A DNA stretch of 64,000 bases from NCBI GenBank assembly GCA_040905865.1, contig JBBDQU010000073.1:8255-72254 (forward strand), in the 5' to 3' direction. How positions within the stretch are numbered: the stretch's first letter is position 1; each line of letters begins with the position of its first letter. Shown here one piece after another: positions 21,048 through 29,653 of the stretch. The notes under the pieces were generated by a model. The model did no database searches. It saw only the letters and a program-made list of their open reading frames with translations, and had not been told where the DNA came from. This DNA comes from Alphaproteobacteria bacterium (lineage in GTDB: Bacteria; Pseudomonadota; Alphaproteobacteria; UBA8366; GCA-2717185). The translations under genes were made by a program, and so were the position numbers.

Positions 21048-22208
21048 TTAGAGACCCAGCACCTGCTTGGCGATGATATTGCGCTGAATCTCGTTCGATC
21101 CGCCATAGATCGTCGACGGTCGCGATCCCAGGAACTGGTTCATGACATCGATCCTGTTGTTACCGAGCGACAGATCCTCGCGATAGCCCCCGTAATCCCC
21201 CGAGAGATCGACCATTTCCTCGGTAATCCGCTGATAGGTTTCGGTCGCCCAGATTTTCAGGAAGGACACATCCGAACCGATCTCGCCGCCCGACTTCAGG
21301 ATCGAGGCATAGCGCTCGAACGAGGCCGCCAGGTCATGCACATCGAGCCGGAGACGATTGTACCGCGCGGCAAAGGCCGCGTCCTCAAAGGCGCCCAGCG
21401 ATTCCGCCAGTAGCCGCAGCCGGTTCAGCGCATAGCTCGACATCCGCGGATTGCCGACAAAAATGCGCTCGAACCCGAGCAGCGCCTTCGCCATGGTCCA
21501 GCCCTTGTTGGGCTCGCCCACCAGGTTCTCCCGCGGCACACGGACATCGTCCAGGAATACCTCGCAGAATTCCTCCTCGCCCCGGATATTCGGAATCGTG
21601 CGGATGGTGATGCCGGGCGTCTTCAGGTCGCACAGCAGGAAACTGATGCCTTCCTGCGGCTTCGCCGCGTCCCGGTCGGTCCGGACCAGCATGTAGATCC
21701 AGTTCGCGTTATGGGCAAGCGACGTCCAGATCTTCTGTCCGTTGACGACATATTCGTCGCCGTCCAGCACCGCGGAGGTCCGCAGGCTGGCCAGGTCGGA
21801 ACCCGCATTCGGTTCGGAGTATCCCTGGCACCAGATATGGTTGCCGGCGCGGATATTGGACAGGAAATATTCCTTCTGCGCGTCGGTGCCGTATTTTATC
21901 AGCAGCGGTCCGACCATGACGATACCCTGGTCGGGCATGCGGGCGACGCCGTGGCGTTCGAATTCCTCGGTATAGATAATGAACTTGCCGGGATCGAGGC
22001 CCATGCCGCCATGTTCTTTCGGCCAGACCGGACAGAGCCAACCCTTCTCCGACAGTTTCAGGTACCACTCCCGGCATTCCTCATACAGGATGCGGCGCGG
22101 AAAATAGCGCAGTTCCGCCGGATAGTTCGCTTCGACCCAGTTGCGGATTTCGGCGCGGAATTCGTCATCGCCCAGGGCGTTCATATCGCGGGTTTCGGTC
22201 ATCGGCAC
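21048..22208 (-). CDS. acyl-CoA dehydrogenase family protein
   Basis: CQGYSEPNAGSDLASL and VVNGQKIWTSLAHNANW blocks; C-terminal IYGGSNEIQRNIIAK. Confidence 0.85.
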   Translation of the reverse strand: MPMTETRDMNALGDDEFRAEIRNWVEANYPAELRYFPRRILYEECREWYLKLSEKGWLCPVWPKEHGGMGLDPGKFIIYTEEFERHGVARMPDQGIVMVGPLLIKYGTDAQKEYFLSNIRAGNHIWCQGYSEPNAGSDLASLRTSAVLDGDEYVVNGQKIWTSLAHNANWIYMLVRTDRDAAKPQEGISFLLCDLKTPGITIRTIPNIRGEEEFCEVFLDDVRVPRENLVGEPNKGWTMAKALLGFERIFVGNPRMSSYALNRLRLLAESLGAFEDAAFAARYNRLRLDVHDLAASFERYASILKSGGEIGSDVSFLKIWATETYQRITEEMVDLSGDYGGYREDLSLGNNRIDVMNQFLGSRPSTIYGGSNEIQRNIIAKQVLGL

Positions 22209-22216
22209 AATCTCCT

Positions 22217-23356
22217 TCAGGCGGCGGCTTCGGGCGCGAATTCGGCATAACGGTTGCGATGCATGCCCGCATTGCCGAGCCAGGCGGACAGCACGAGGGC
22301 GCGTTTGAGATACATGCCGATATGACAGGCGTCCGAATAGCCGATGCCGCCATGCAACTGGATCGACTGGCGCCCGATCAGCAGCCCCGCCTCACTGCAG
22401 CGCGCCTTGGCGGCGCTTGCCTCGGCGGCGCGCCGGACAGGATCGCCGGTTTCGTCGAAGCAGCGGCAGGCCTGGGCCAGCACATCCCGCGACAGTTCCT
22501 GCTGTACCCACAGGTCGACAAGCCGGTGCTGTAACGCCTGGAACTTGCCGACCGGCCGGCCGAACTGTTCGCGCTGCTTGACATAGGCCAGCGTATCGTC
22601 GAAGGCCTGCTTCATGACGCCGACCAGTTCGGCGGCCGCGCACAGCCGCGCCTCATCGACGGCGGCCGACACGACCGGCCCCGCATCGCGCGACAGCACG
22701 ATCCTGTCCGACGGGACGAACACGTTGCTCATATTCAGCGTGCCGTAGTCGATACCGTCCACACCCGGGTCCAGCGACAGGCTCAGCCCCGCCGCGCCGG
22801 CTTCCAGCCAGTAAAGGCCCACCCCGTCAGGCCCCATCGCCGTGACGATAAAGGCATCGGCGCCGGCCGCCGCGGGAATGAAGCGTTTGCTGCCCGTCAG
22901 GGTGATACCCTCCGCCGACGGAACCGCCCGGGCCGCGATACGGGCCGGGTCATAGTCATTTGCGGTTTCCTGCCAGGCCAGCGCGGGAATAACCTCGCCC
23001 TCGATCAGCGCCTGGATTTTTTCGGCCCGCAACGCCGCGTTGTCGCTGCCCCGCAGGACGCCACCGGCAAGCACGACCGCGGATACGAACGGTTCCGGCG
23101 CGAGACAGCGGCCCAGTTCCTCGATCACGATGGCCGCTTCGGCGAAGCCCAGGGCCAGCCCGCCATATTCCTCCGCGAAAAGCAGGCCGAACCAACCGTT
23201 CGCGGCCATGGTCCGCCAGACCCCGCGGTCGAAACCGGGAGCCTTTTCCCGGCTGGCGCGAGCGCGTTCGACCCCACCGCTGCGCGATACGAAGGCGCGC
23301 GCGCTATCAAGCAACATGCGTTGCGTATCGTCGTTTTCGAAGGATTTGCCCGTCAC
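22217..23356 (-). CDS. acyl-CoA dehydrogenase family protein (partner subunit-like)
   Basis: ACAD-fold sequence ending in the QLHGGIGYSDACHIGMYLKR block. Sits 8 nt upstream of the second ACAD. Confidence 0.8.
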   Translation of the reverse strand: MTGKSFENDDTQRMLLDSARAFVSRSGGVERARASREKAPGFDRGVWRTMAANGWFGLLFAEEYGGLALGFAEAAIVIEELGRCLAPEPFVSAVVLAGGVLRGSDNAALRAEKIQALIEGEVIPALAWQETANDYDPARIAARAVPSAEGITLTGSKRFIPAAAGADAFIVTAMGPDGVGLYWLEAGAAGLSLSLDPGVDGIDYGTLNMSNVFVPSDRIVLSRDAGPVVSAAVDEARLCAAAELVGVMKQAFDDTLAYVKQREQFGRPVGKFQALQHRLVDLWVQQELSRDVLAQACRCFDETGDPVRRAAEASAAKARCSEAGLLIGRQSIQLHGGIGYSDACHIGMYLKRALVLSAWLGNAGMHRNRYAEFAPEAAA

Positions 23357-23530
23357 TGCCGTTCCACCTCGCTGAATTCATCCCGCCACGCCCCGTTTAT
23401 GGACGACCGCAAGCCAGAATCCAATGCGCCACGGCGCCAGAATGAATGCGTCGAACACGATGCCGCGTCAAGACATCCCTGTTCCCGAATGAAGGGATTT
23501 GCGCCTCGAACGGCGCGTGCGCAGCTACTG

Positions 23531-23878
23531 CTAGATGACGCCGGACAGGGAAAAATTATTGAGGACGACGTAAGCGTTGAATGCAATCACTGCGCTGACG
23601 CAGAGAAATACCGCACGTACCGGGTGCATCAGGACGATGGCAACGGTAATGAACTGCATTGCCATTTTCGGCACGAACCACCAACCGCCGAACAGGTCCT
23701 GCATGGCCGCCATTAGCGGATTGGCCTCCACAGCGCCGGCGAGCAGGCCGACATTGGTCGAAATCACATCCAGCGTGCCGACGATGATGACCGACAGGGC
23801 GACAACCAGCGCCCAGGGCGACACCGCTTTTTGCGATACGAAAGCGGATTTGGTACATTTCGATGGTGGTGCGATCAT
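23531..23878 (-). CDS. small integral membrane protein, DUF5658-like
   Basis: 115 aa with 3-4 hydrophobic helices and an EANPLM motif that I recall as typical of DUF5658. Family assignment is tentative. Confidence 0.55.
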   Translation of the reverse strand: MIAPPSKCTKSAFVSQKAVSPWALVVALSVIIVGTLDVISTNVGLLAGAVEANPLMAAMQDLFGGWWFVPKMAMQFITVAIVLMHPVRAVFLCVSAVIAFNAYVVLNNFSLSGVI

Positions 23879-24074
23879 GATGCTTTCCGTGTTTTCACAT
23901 GGTGACGGTCGGGGTCGCGCTCAATGAAAAGTTGATACCCCAAGTCCCGGCGCAGGCTTTCATCCAAATGGGCTATGAACGAAAAATTAATCTGCATTAG
24001 AGATAACTCTATCACATCAACGCGAAATTCTGTCGCCAGAATGCGTTTGTAACAGGAACGGAGGTCCGGAACAG

Positions 24075-24950
24075 GTGGCGGTTACCGTGAAATGGCTTTT
24101 CCTGACAGCCTTGGTCCTGGTCTTGCATTCGACCGAAAAACCCGTGGCGGCGCAGGCCGCCGTAATCCAGTGCCACGACAAAGAGCGTGGCGTAGTTCAG
24201 CCCAAGACGCCGGACAAATGCGACGGCGAAATTCTCAGCCGCGAGGATGCGGCGAAGGTGAAGGCGGAGTTGCGACGCGAACGGATCAGACGGGCCAATC
24301 AGCCGAAATCGGAACGCGAACAGGGCCCAAGAGGCCACGGAACCGGATTTTTCGTCAGCGCCGACGGGAAAATCGTCACCAATAATCATGTCATCGCGGA
24401 ATGCAGGAAAACCATCTGGGTCGACACGACCGACGGCCAGCAGGGCACCGCCGTTGTCCTGGGCGCCGATCCGGGAAACGACCTGGCGCTGCTCGCCAGC
24501 ACGTTACAGGCGCCGGCCGTTGCGGTTTTCCGCAGCCCGGACATTATTGCGCCCGGCAGCGATATTACCGTTATCGGCTACGGCACGACGAAGCTGCCGC
24601 CGATCCGCCCCCATGTGACGCCCGGCACCTTCCAGTCGCACAATACAAGCGGCACGCGCTTCCAGATGCGGGCGGCCGTTCGACCCGGCAACAGCGGCGG
24701 CCCGGTCCTCGACGATAGCGGCTATGTCGCAGGCGTCGTCTTCGCCCAACTCAATACCGTCAAGACCTTTCAGGCACGCGGGGAGCTGATCCTGGATCAG
24801 GGGTTCGCGATTTCCAATCCGGTCGTCTTCGGATTCCTGTCCGGCCTTGGCGTCGACTTCCGGCGCGCGCCGGCCCGGGCGCCAAAACCGCGCGACGCTA
24901 TCTTCCAGGAAGCCAAACCCTTTATCGCCCGCATCAGCTGTCCCAGGTGA
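24075..24950 (+). CDS. secreted trypsin-like serine protease (S1 family)
   Basis: Signal-like N-terminus. Catalytic context NNHV (His), NDLALL (Asp), GNSGGPV (Ser). GTG start at 24075 or 24087. Confidence 0.8.
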   Translation: MAVTVKWLFLTALVLVLHSTEKPVAAQAAVIQCHDKERGVVQPKTPDKCDGEILSREDAAKVKAELRRERIRRANQPKSEREQGPRGHGTGFFVSADGKIVTNNHVIAECRKTIWVDTTDGQQGTAVVLGADPGNDLALLASTLQAPAVAVFRSPDIIAPGSDITVIGYGTTKLPPIRPHVTPGTFQSHNTSGTRFQMRAAVRPGNSGGPVLDDSGYVAGVVFAQLNTVKTFQARGELILDQGFAISNPVVFGFLSGLGVDFRRAPARAPKPRDAIFQEAKPFIARISCPR

Positions 24951-25045
24951 CCTTCCGAAGGACGCCACTGCCCCATTGACGATGCCGCCAGCGCATTGAC
25001 ATGGTATCCGGACATGTTCGCCCGCCGACATCCGGAGTGTTCGCC

Positions 25046-26167
25046 ATGACAAAAATTACCGCGGTCCGCGCCTGTACCGTCCGCATCCCGCTCGACAACC
25101 CCACAACCTTCGCCACCCGCAAGGTGCTGGCCCGCGACCTGACCCTGGTCGAGATCGAGGCCGATGACGGGCACAGGGGTATCGGGTTCACCTATGGCGG
25201 CAGCAGCGGCGGCGGGATCGTGACAGAGGCGGTGCGCAACCTGCTGGCGCCTGTCCTTATCGGCGAGGATCCGTTCCGCGTCGAGGGGCTCTGGGCGGAG
25301 ATGTACCAGGAAGCGCTGTTGCAGGGCCGGGCAGGCTCCGTGATGCGGGCGCTCAGCGCGCTGGATATCGCGTTGTGGGACCATAACGCCCGCGCCGCCA
25401 ACATGCCGCTGTACCGGATGCTGGGCGGATTCCAGAAGGAGTCGGTACGCGGCTATGCCAGCGGCGGTTATTACCTGGAGGGCAAGACGCCGGAGGATCT
25501 GGCGGCGGAAGTGCAGGGCTTCGTCGATCTCGGCTTCGACGCGGTGAAGATCAAGGTCGGCCTGCTGGGGCTACGGGAAGAAGAAGCCCGGCTCGCCGCG
25601 ATCCGCGAGCATGTCGGCGGTGACGTCCTGCTGATGCTCGATATATCCAATGCCTGGAAGGATATCGAAACGGCGATGCGGTTCGTCAGCGTCTATGAAC
25701 CCTATGACCCGTATTTCTTCGAGGAACCGTTCTCGCCGGACGATCTCGACAACCACGCGCGGCTGGTCCAGCGCACCAATGTTCCCGTCGCCACCGGCGA
25801 GATCGAGGCCGGCCGCTGGCGCTTCAAGGAAATCCTGGAAAAGGGTGCGGCGACGATCCTGCAACCGGATGCGATCTGCTGCGGCGGCATCACCGAATTC
25901 CGCCGCATTGCCGCCACGGCGGCAAGTTATGGCGTATCCGTCGCGCCGCACGCCTATCACGAAATGCATGTCCATATCGTCGCCAGCACTCCGAATGCGA
26001 GCTTCATCGAAGTGTTCAACGACGACACGATCGTGAATTTCCGGCGGCTGCTCGACACCCAGCCCGTCGTCGAAAAAGGCCGGGTCCTGCTGCCGCAGAA
26101 GCCCGGCCTCGGCTACGATTACCTGCCCGATGTGATCGAAAAATACGCGATAGACCCCTGGGGCTAA
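25046..26167 (+). CDS. enolase-superfamily enzyme (mandelate racemase / muconate lactonizing type), second paralogue
   Basis: AVKIKVG, LMLDISN, FFEEP and ATGEIE metal-ligand contexts. ATG at 25046. Confidence 0.85.
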   Translation: MTKITAVRACTVRIPLDNPTTFATRKVLARDLTLVEIEADDGHRGIGFTYGGSSGGGIVTEAVRNLLAPVLIGEDPFRVEGLWAEMYQEALLQGRAGSVMRALSALDIALWDHNARAANMPLYRMLGGFQKESVRGYASGGYYLEGKTPEDLAAEVQGFVDLGFDAVKIKVGLLGLREEEARLAAIREHVGGDVLLMLDISNAWKDIETAMRFVSVYEPYDPYFFEEPFSPDDLDNHARLVQRTNVPVATGEIEAGRWRFKEILEKGAATILQPDAICCGGITEFRRIAATAASYGVSVAPHAYHEMHVHIVASTPNASFIEVFNDDTIVNFRRLLDTQPVVEKGRVLLPQKPGLGYDYLPDVIEKYAIDPWG

Positions 26168-27327
26168 AACAGACGTTCGCTGGCCAGCTTCGCGCCATCC
26201 GCCAGCGCGCGGAGCTTGGCCCAGACGACGTCTTCCGCCACCTTGCCCATCCCGGCGGAGGTATCGAAACCGCAATCGGTACCGGCAATGACCCGCGTCG
26301 GATCGCCGATGACCTGCGCGATGCGTTCGATCCGGTCGGCGATGGTTTCGGGGTGTTCGATATAGTTCGAGGTCGTGTCGATAACCCCCGCGACAAGGTT
26401 CTGGTCATCCGCCAGCTTCATGTTGCCCAGCACCTTGTATTCATGCGCATGGCGCGGATTGGCGAAGGGCAGCACGATGGCGCCGACATCGGCGGTCCGG
26501 AGGATCGGCAGGATTTCCTTTAGCGGCACATCCATGTCATGCGGGCCTTCGTAATTGCCCCAGCAGACATGCAGCCGCACGTTTTCGCGCGGCACGTCCG
26601 CGAGGCTGCGGTCGATCGCAGCGACGACCCGCTCGACGAAATCCAGGAATTCGCGCATCGGCCGATCCGCATAGGTCACATGGTGTTCCAGCGCCAGGTC
26701 CGGACAGTCGAGTTGCAGCAGGAAGCCGTGCCGGGTGATGGAATCGTATTCGACCTTCAGCGCGGCTGCGATGGCGTCTAGATAATTGTCGAAGGTATCG
26801 TAATATTCATTCGGAATCGCCGCCGCGATGATGCCCGGCGACGGCGCGGTCACGAAAGCTTCCGAAAAGGCGGGTTTATCCGCGTCGAGGATGGCGCGAA
26901 AATCGTCGCATTCCCGCGCGACGAAGGCCGGATCGAGATAGCGGACCTCGCCCGTTACCGTCGGGACCTCGAAATTATTGACCGCCTCGCGGCCGCCCAT
27001 CATGGCCTTGCGCTGTTCGACGAAGGCCGGGTATCTGGTGACATCCGCCGGCGGCCGGCGCGTGCCCAGGCCATTGAACCCGCTCATCCGATGCCGGACA
27101 TACAGGAAGAATGCCTCGCGCGGCTGTTCGCCGTTATTGAGGATATCGACGCCGGAGGCGACCTGCCTGGGAATGACCCAGCGGGTCGCCTCGTCGATCA
27201 GCCGGTCCAGTTCCGCCGTATCGATTGTCTCGCCCCGCGCCCGGCGCGCGAACAGGGATGTCAGGGCAGGCGGGCGCGGCAGGCTGCCGGCATGGGTGGT
27301 CAGGATTCTGGATTCGCTTTTTATCAT
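26164..27327 (-). CDS. MetE-catalytic-domain-like (cobalamin-independent methionine synthase family) Zn alkyltransferase
   Basis: TTHAGSLPRP N-terminus with putative Zn ligands HVCWGNY and GTDCGF. Start ATG 27327 has GGAGGG upstream; the track ORF extends to 27414. Confidence 0.75.
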   Translation of the reverse strand: MIKSESRILTTHAGSLPRPPALTSLFARRARGETIDTAELDRLIDEATRWVIPRQVASGVDILNNGEQPREAFFLYVRHRMSGFNGLGTRRPPADVTRYPAFVEQRKAMMGGREAVNNFEVPTVTGEVRYLDPAFVARECDDFRAILDADKPAFSEAFVTAPSPGIIAAAIPNEYYDTFDNYLDAIAAALKVEYDSITRHGFLLQLDCPDLALEHHVTYADRPMREFLDFVERVVAAIDRSLADVPRENVRLHVCWGNYEGPHDMDVPLKEILPILRTADVGAIVLPFANPRHAHEYKVLGNMKLADDQNLVAGVIDTTSNYIEHPETIADRIERIAQVIGDPTRVIAGTDCGFDTSAGMGKVAEDVVWAKLRALADGAKLASERLF

Positions 27328-27478
27328 TGTAATTCCCTCCCCGGCGCCGCCCGCGCCGCTTGATAAACGGTTCGTGCTGCCCACGTTATCAGACCACGGC
27401 GCCGCCTGGTACACTTCCCAATCCGCCGCGAAGCGGTTACCATTCGCTTCTGCGATTCGCAGGCAGGAGAATTATCAC

Positions 27479-28348
27479 ATGGAAGCGCAAACACTTACCC
27501 AGACACCGGCACAGACCGGTTTCGAAATCCGGCCGCTTTCGGATTTGATGGGCGCGGAAATCATCGGCCTTGATCTCAGCCGGCCGCTGGGCGACGCCAC
27601 GCGCGATGCCGTCCATGACGCCTTCCTGCAATACCAGGTCATCGTTTTCCGTGACCAGAAACTGTCAAAACAGCAGCAGGTCGCGTTTTCCGAACAGTTC
27701 GGCGAACTGGAGCAGCACACGCTGCGCAACCTGGGCACCAACGACAATCCGCTGGTCCATGTGGTGACCAATATGGACGATGACGGCAATCTGCTGGGCC
27801 GCGTCAAATCCGAGAGCTGGCACACAGACAAATCCTTCCGGCCGGCGCCGTCCATGGCGACCATCCTGCACGCGATCACCCTGCCGCCCTCCGGCGGCGA
27901 CACCGTATTCGCCAATATGTATACCGCCTTCGAAGCGCTGCCGGAATCGGAAAAGGAAGAACTGGCGGATGTGCGGGTCGTGCACAGCTGGGAAAAGTCG
28001 CGGGAGAATATCGGCCGCTTCATGTCCGAGGCGGAAAAGCGCGATGCGCCGGACAACGTGCACCCGCTGCTACGCACCCATCCCGAAACCGGCCGCAAGG
28101 CGATCTTCGTCGGCACCCATGCCTCCCATCTGGAGGGCATGCCGATTGAGGAAGGCCGGGCGCGGATCATGAAGCTGGAAGAGCATGCGACCCAGGACCG
28201 GTTCGTCTTCCGCCACAGCTGGCGGCCCGGCGACGTGCTGATGTGGGACAACCGATGCCTGCTGCACCATGCGGACGGCAATTTCGACACGACCAAATAC
28301 CCGCGCGTGCTGCACCGCACCTGCCTGCGTGGCACGCCGACCGGTTAG
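27479..28348 (+). CDS. TauD/TfdA-family Fe(II)/2-oxoglutarate dioxygenase
   Basis: IRPLSDLMGAEIIGLDL N-terminus, WHTDKSF iron-ligand motif, C-terminal VLMWDNRCLLH. AGGAGA RBS before ATG 27479. Confidence 0.85.
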   Translation: MEAQTLTQTPAQTGFEIRPLSDLMGAEIIGLDLSRPLGDATRDAVHDAFLQYQVIVFRDQKLSKQQQVAFSEQFGELEQHTLRNLGTNDNPLVHVVTNMDDDGNLLGRVKSESWHTDKSFRPAPSMATILHAITLPPSGGDTVFANMYTAFEALPESEKEELADVRVVHSWEKSRENIGRFMSEAEKRDAPDNVHPLLRTHPETGRKAIFVGTHASHLEGMPIEEGRARIMKLEEHATQDRFVFRHSWRPGDVLMWDNRCLLHHADGNFDTTKYPRVLHRTCLRGTPTG

Positions 28349-28426
28349 TTGCCGCAACATAAACGGGCGTGGATGAGTGTCCGAACACCCGGGGACAGGC
28401 CATTTCGGAAAACCCGAGATTCGCCA

Positions 28427-28457
28427 TTGACCTTCCCGTGAGGGGAACCTCCATATT
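28427..28457 (+). promoter_or_regulatory. MerR/CueR-type promoter-operator (TTGACC -35, 19-nt spacer with inverted repeat, CATATT -10)
   Basis: ATTGACCTTCCCGTGAGGGGAACCTCCATATT: -35 at 28427-28432, 19-nt spacer containing TTCCC-N5-GGGAA, -10 at 28452-28457. Resembles E. coli CueR-controlled promoters as recalled (ACCTTCC...GGAAGGT). Confidence 0.55.
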
Positions 28458-28463
28458 CACGGC

Positions 28464-28832
28464 ATGTTTCATGTTCCGCGCATCGCGCATCTTGTACCAT
28501 TGTTTTGCGCGCTGATGGCTTGGGCGATCCTAGCGTCGCCCGGCACCGCCAACGCGCATGATACCCACGTCGAAACAAGCAACATAGCGGTGACGGATGA
28601 TCCATCCAGCAACGCTATGCCGGAAGATTTTCCGGATACCCGGTACGCGGACGGCCATCATTGCCATGGCGCGGGTCCAATATGCCACTTTTATGCCGTT
28701 GCCTACTCCGGCCAATCTGACTGGCCGCTTCGAAATTTCCGCAAGATCTACATGCGCGGACCGGTTCCGTTCAGGGACCGCCACATCATTCCGCTGCTGC
28801 GACCGCCACGATACGGCCGCCACTTCACCTGA
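28464..28832 (+). CDS. small secreted His/Cys-rich protein of unknown function (CopL/CzcI-like by position)
   Basis: Signal peptide ending ANA-HD, a HHCHGAGPICH cluster and a C-terminal LLRPPR motif. No SD upstream, but the ATG sits about 7 nt after the predicted -10. Heads the cop gene string. Confidence 0.5.
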   Translation: MFHVPRIAHLVPLFCALMAWAILASPGTANAHDTHVETSNIAVTDDPSSNAMPEDFPDTRYADGHHCHGAGPICHFYAVAYSGQSDWPLRNFRKIYMRGPVPFRDRHIIPLLRPPRYGRHFT

Positions 28833-29001
28833 CGAACCGATCCGATCGTGTCCCCTTGCCGGAAGGCAGGGGCTTCGCGCGCCGGCCAGCCTGTACGTGA
28901 CAGGAATCAAGACTTCACCGGCTATCATCTAATTGGTGACGGCGCCGCCATATGCCAGTCGGCGTACATGCGCGTGTTGTCACAACAAAGGAAATCCTTC
29001 G

Positions 29002-29586
29002 ATGACAGACTCCCCGACCCTGACCCTCAAGACATTCGCCGCCGTTACCTGTACCGCCGCCGCATTGTTGTTCGCCGCCGCCCCGTCCCTTGCCGCTGGC
29101 GCCCATGGCGGCGGTCACGGCCATACGAACGGAAAAATGGGGCACGGGTTCGATTTCGGCGCGCCCGGAACGGCCTCGGACGTCACCCGCACCATCGATA
29201 TCACCCTGAAGGAAAACTACTTCGAACCGGAAAGCATCGAGGTAAAGGCGGATGAAACGATCCGCTTCAGGATAAGGAACGAAGGTGAGCTCGTGCACGA
29301 GTTCAATATCGGCACCGCCGCCATGCATGCCGAACACCAGAAAGAGATGATGACGATGATGGAGCACGGCGCGCTGGAGGCCGACAGGGTCAACCACGAC
29401 ATGATGAAGATGGACATGGGCGGCGGGAAAACCATGGAACACAACGATCCGAACAGCGTGCTTCTAGAACCCGGCAAGACCGGTGAGGTGATCTGGAAAT
29501 TTACCAAGGCGGCGGAGCTCGAATTCGCCTGCAACGTCCCGGGCCACTACGAGGCCGGAATGGTCGGAAAGATGCACATCAAATAG
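29002..29586 (+). CDS. periplasmic cupredoxin (plastocyanin/azurin-like) with His/Met-rich segments
   Basis: Signal peptide. Type-1 Cu ligand pattern: His in ELVHEF, then C-x4-H-x4-M in [13 protein letters not shown]. His-rich [17 protein letters not shown] and Met-rich [12 protein letters not shown]...[10 protein letters not shown]. Confidence 0.8.
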   Translation: MTDSPTLTLKTFAAVTCTAAALLFAAAPSLAAGAHGGGHGHTNGKMGHGFDFGAPGTASDVTRTIDITLKENYFEPESIEVKADETIRFRIRNEGELVHEFNIGTAAMHAEHQKEMMTMMEHGALEADRVNHDMMKMDMGGGKTMEHNDPNSVLLEPGKTGEVIWKFTKAAELEFACNVPGHYEAGMVGKMHIK

Positions 29587-29653
29587 CGCAAGCGGAACGT
29601 TGCAAGCGCCCTCTTCCACCGATCATTCAATTGAAAGAAAGCATCTCCAAAAA

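Noticed and set aside
20945-21106. N-terminal extension of the class II aldolase ORF
   Set aside because: The extension would overlap the 3' end of the upstream ACAD gene by about 60 nt and has no aldolase-like sequence. An internal ATG at 20944 has an RBS.
28897-28928. Second MerR-like promoter (GTGACA-N20-TATCAT) upstream of the cupredoxin gene
   Set aside because: The long spacer is suggestive, but the spacer contains no convincing inverted repeat and the -35 is weak. I cannot support it from sequence alone.
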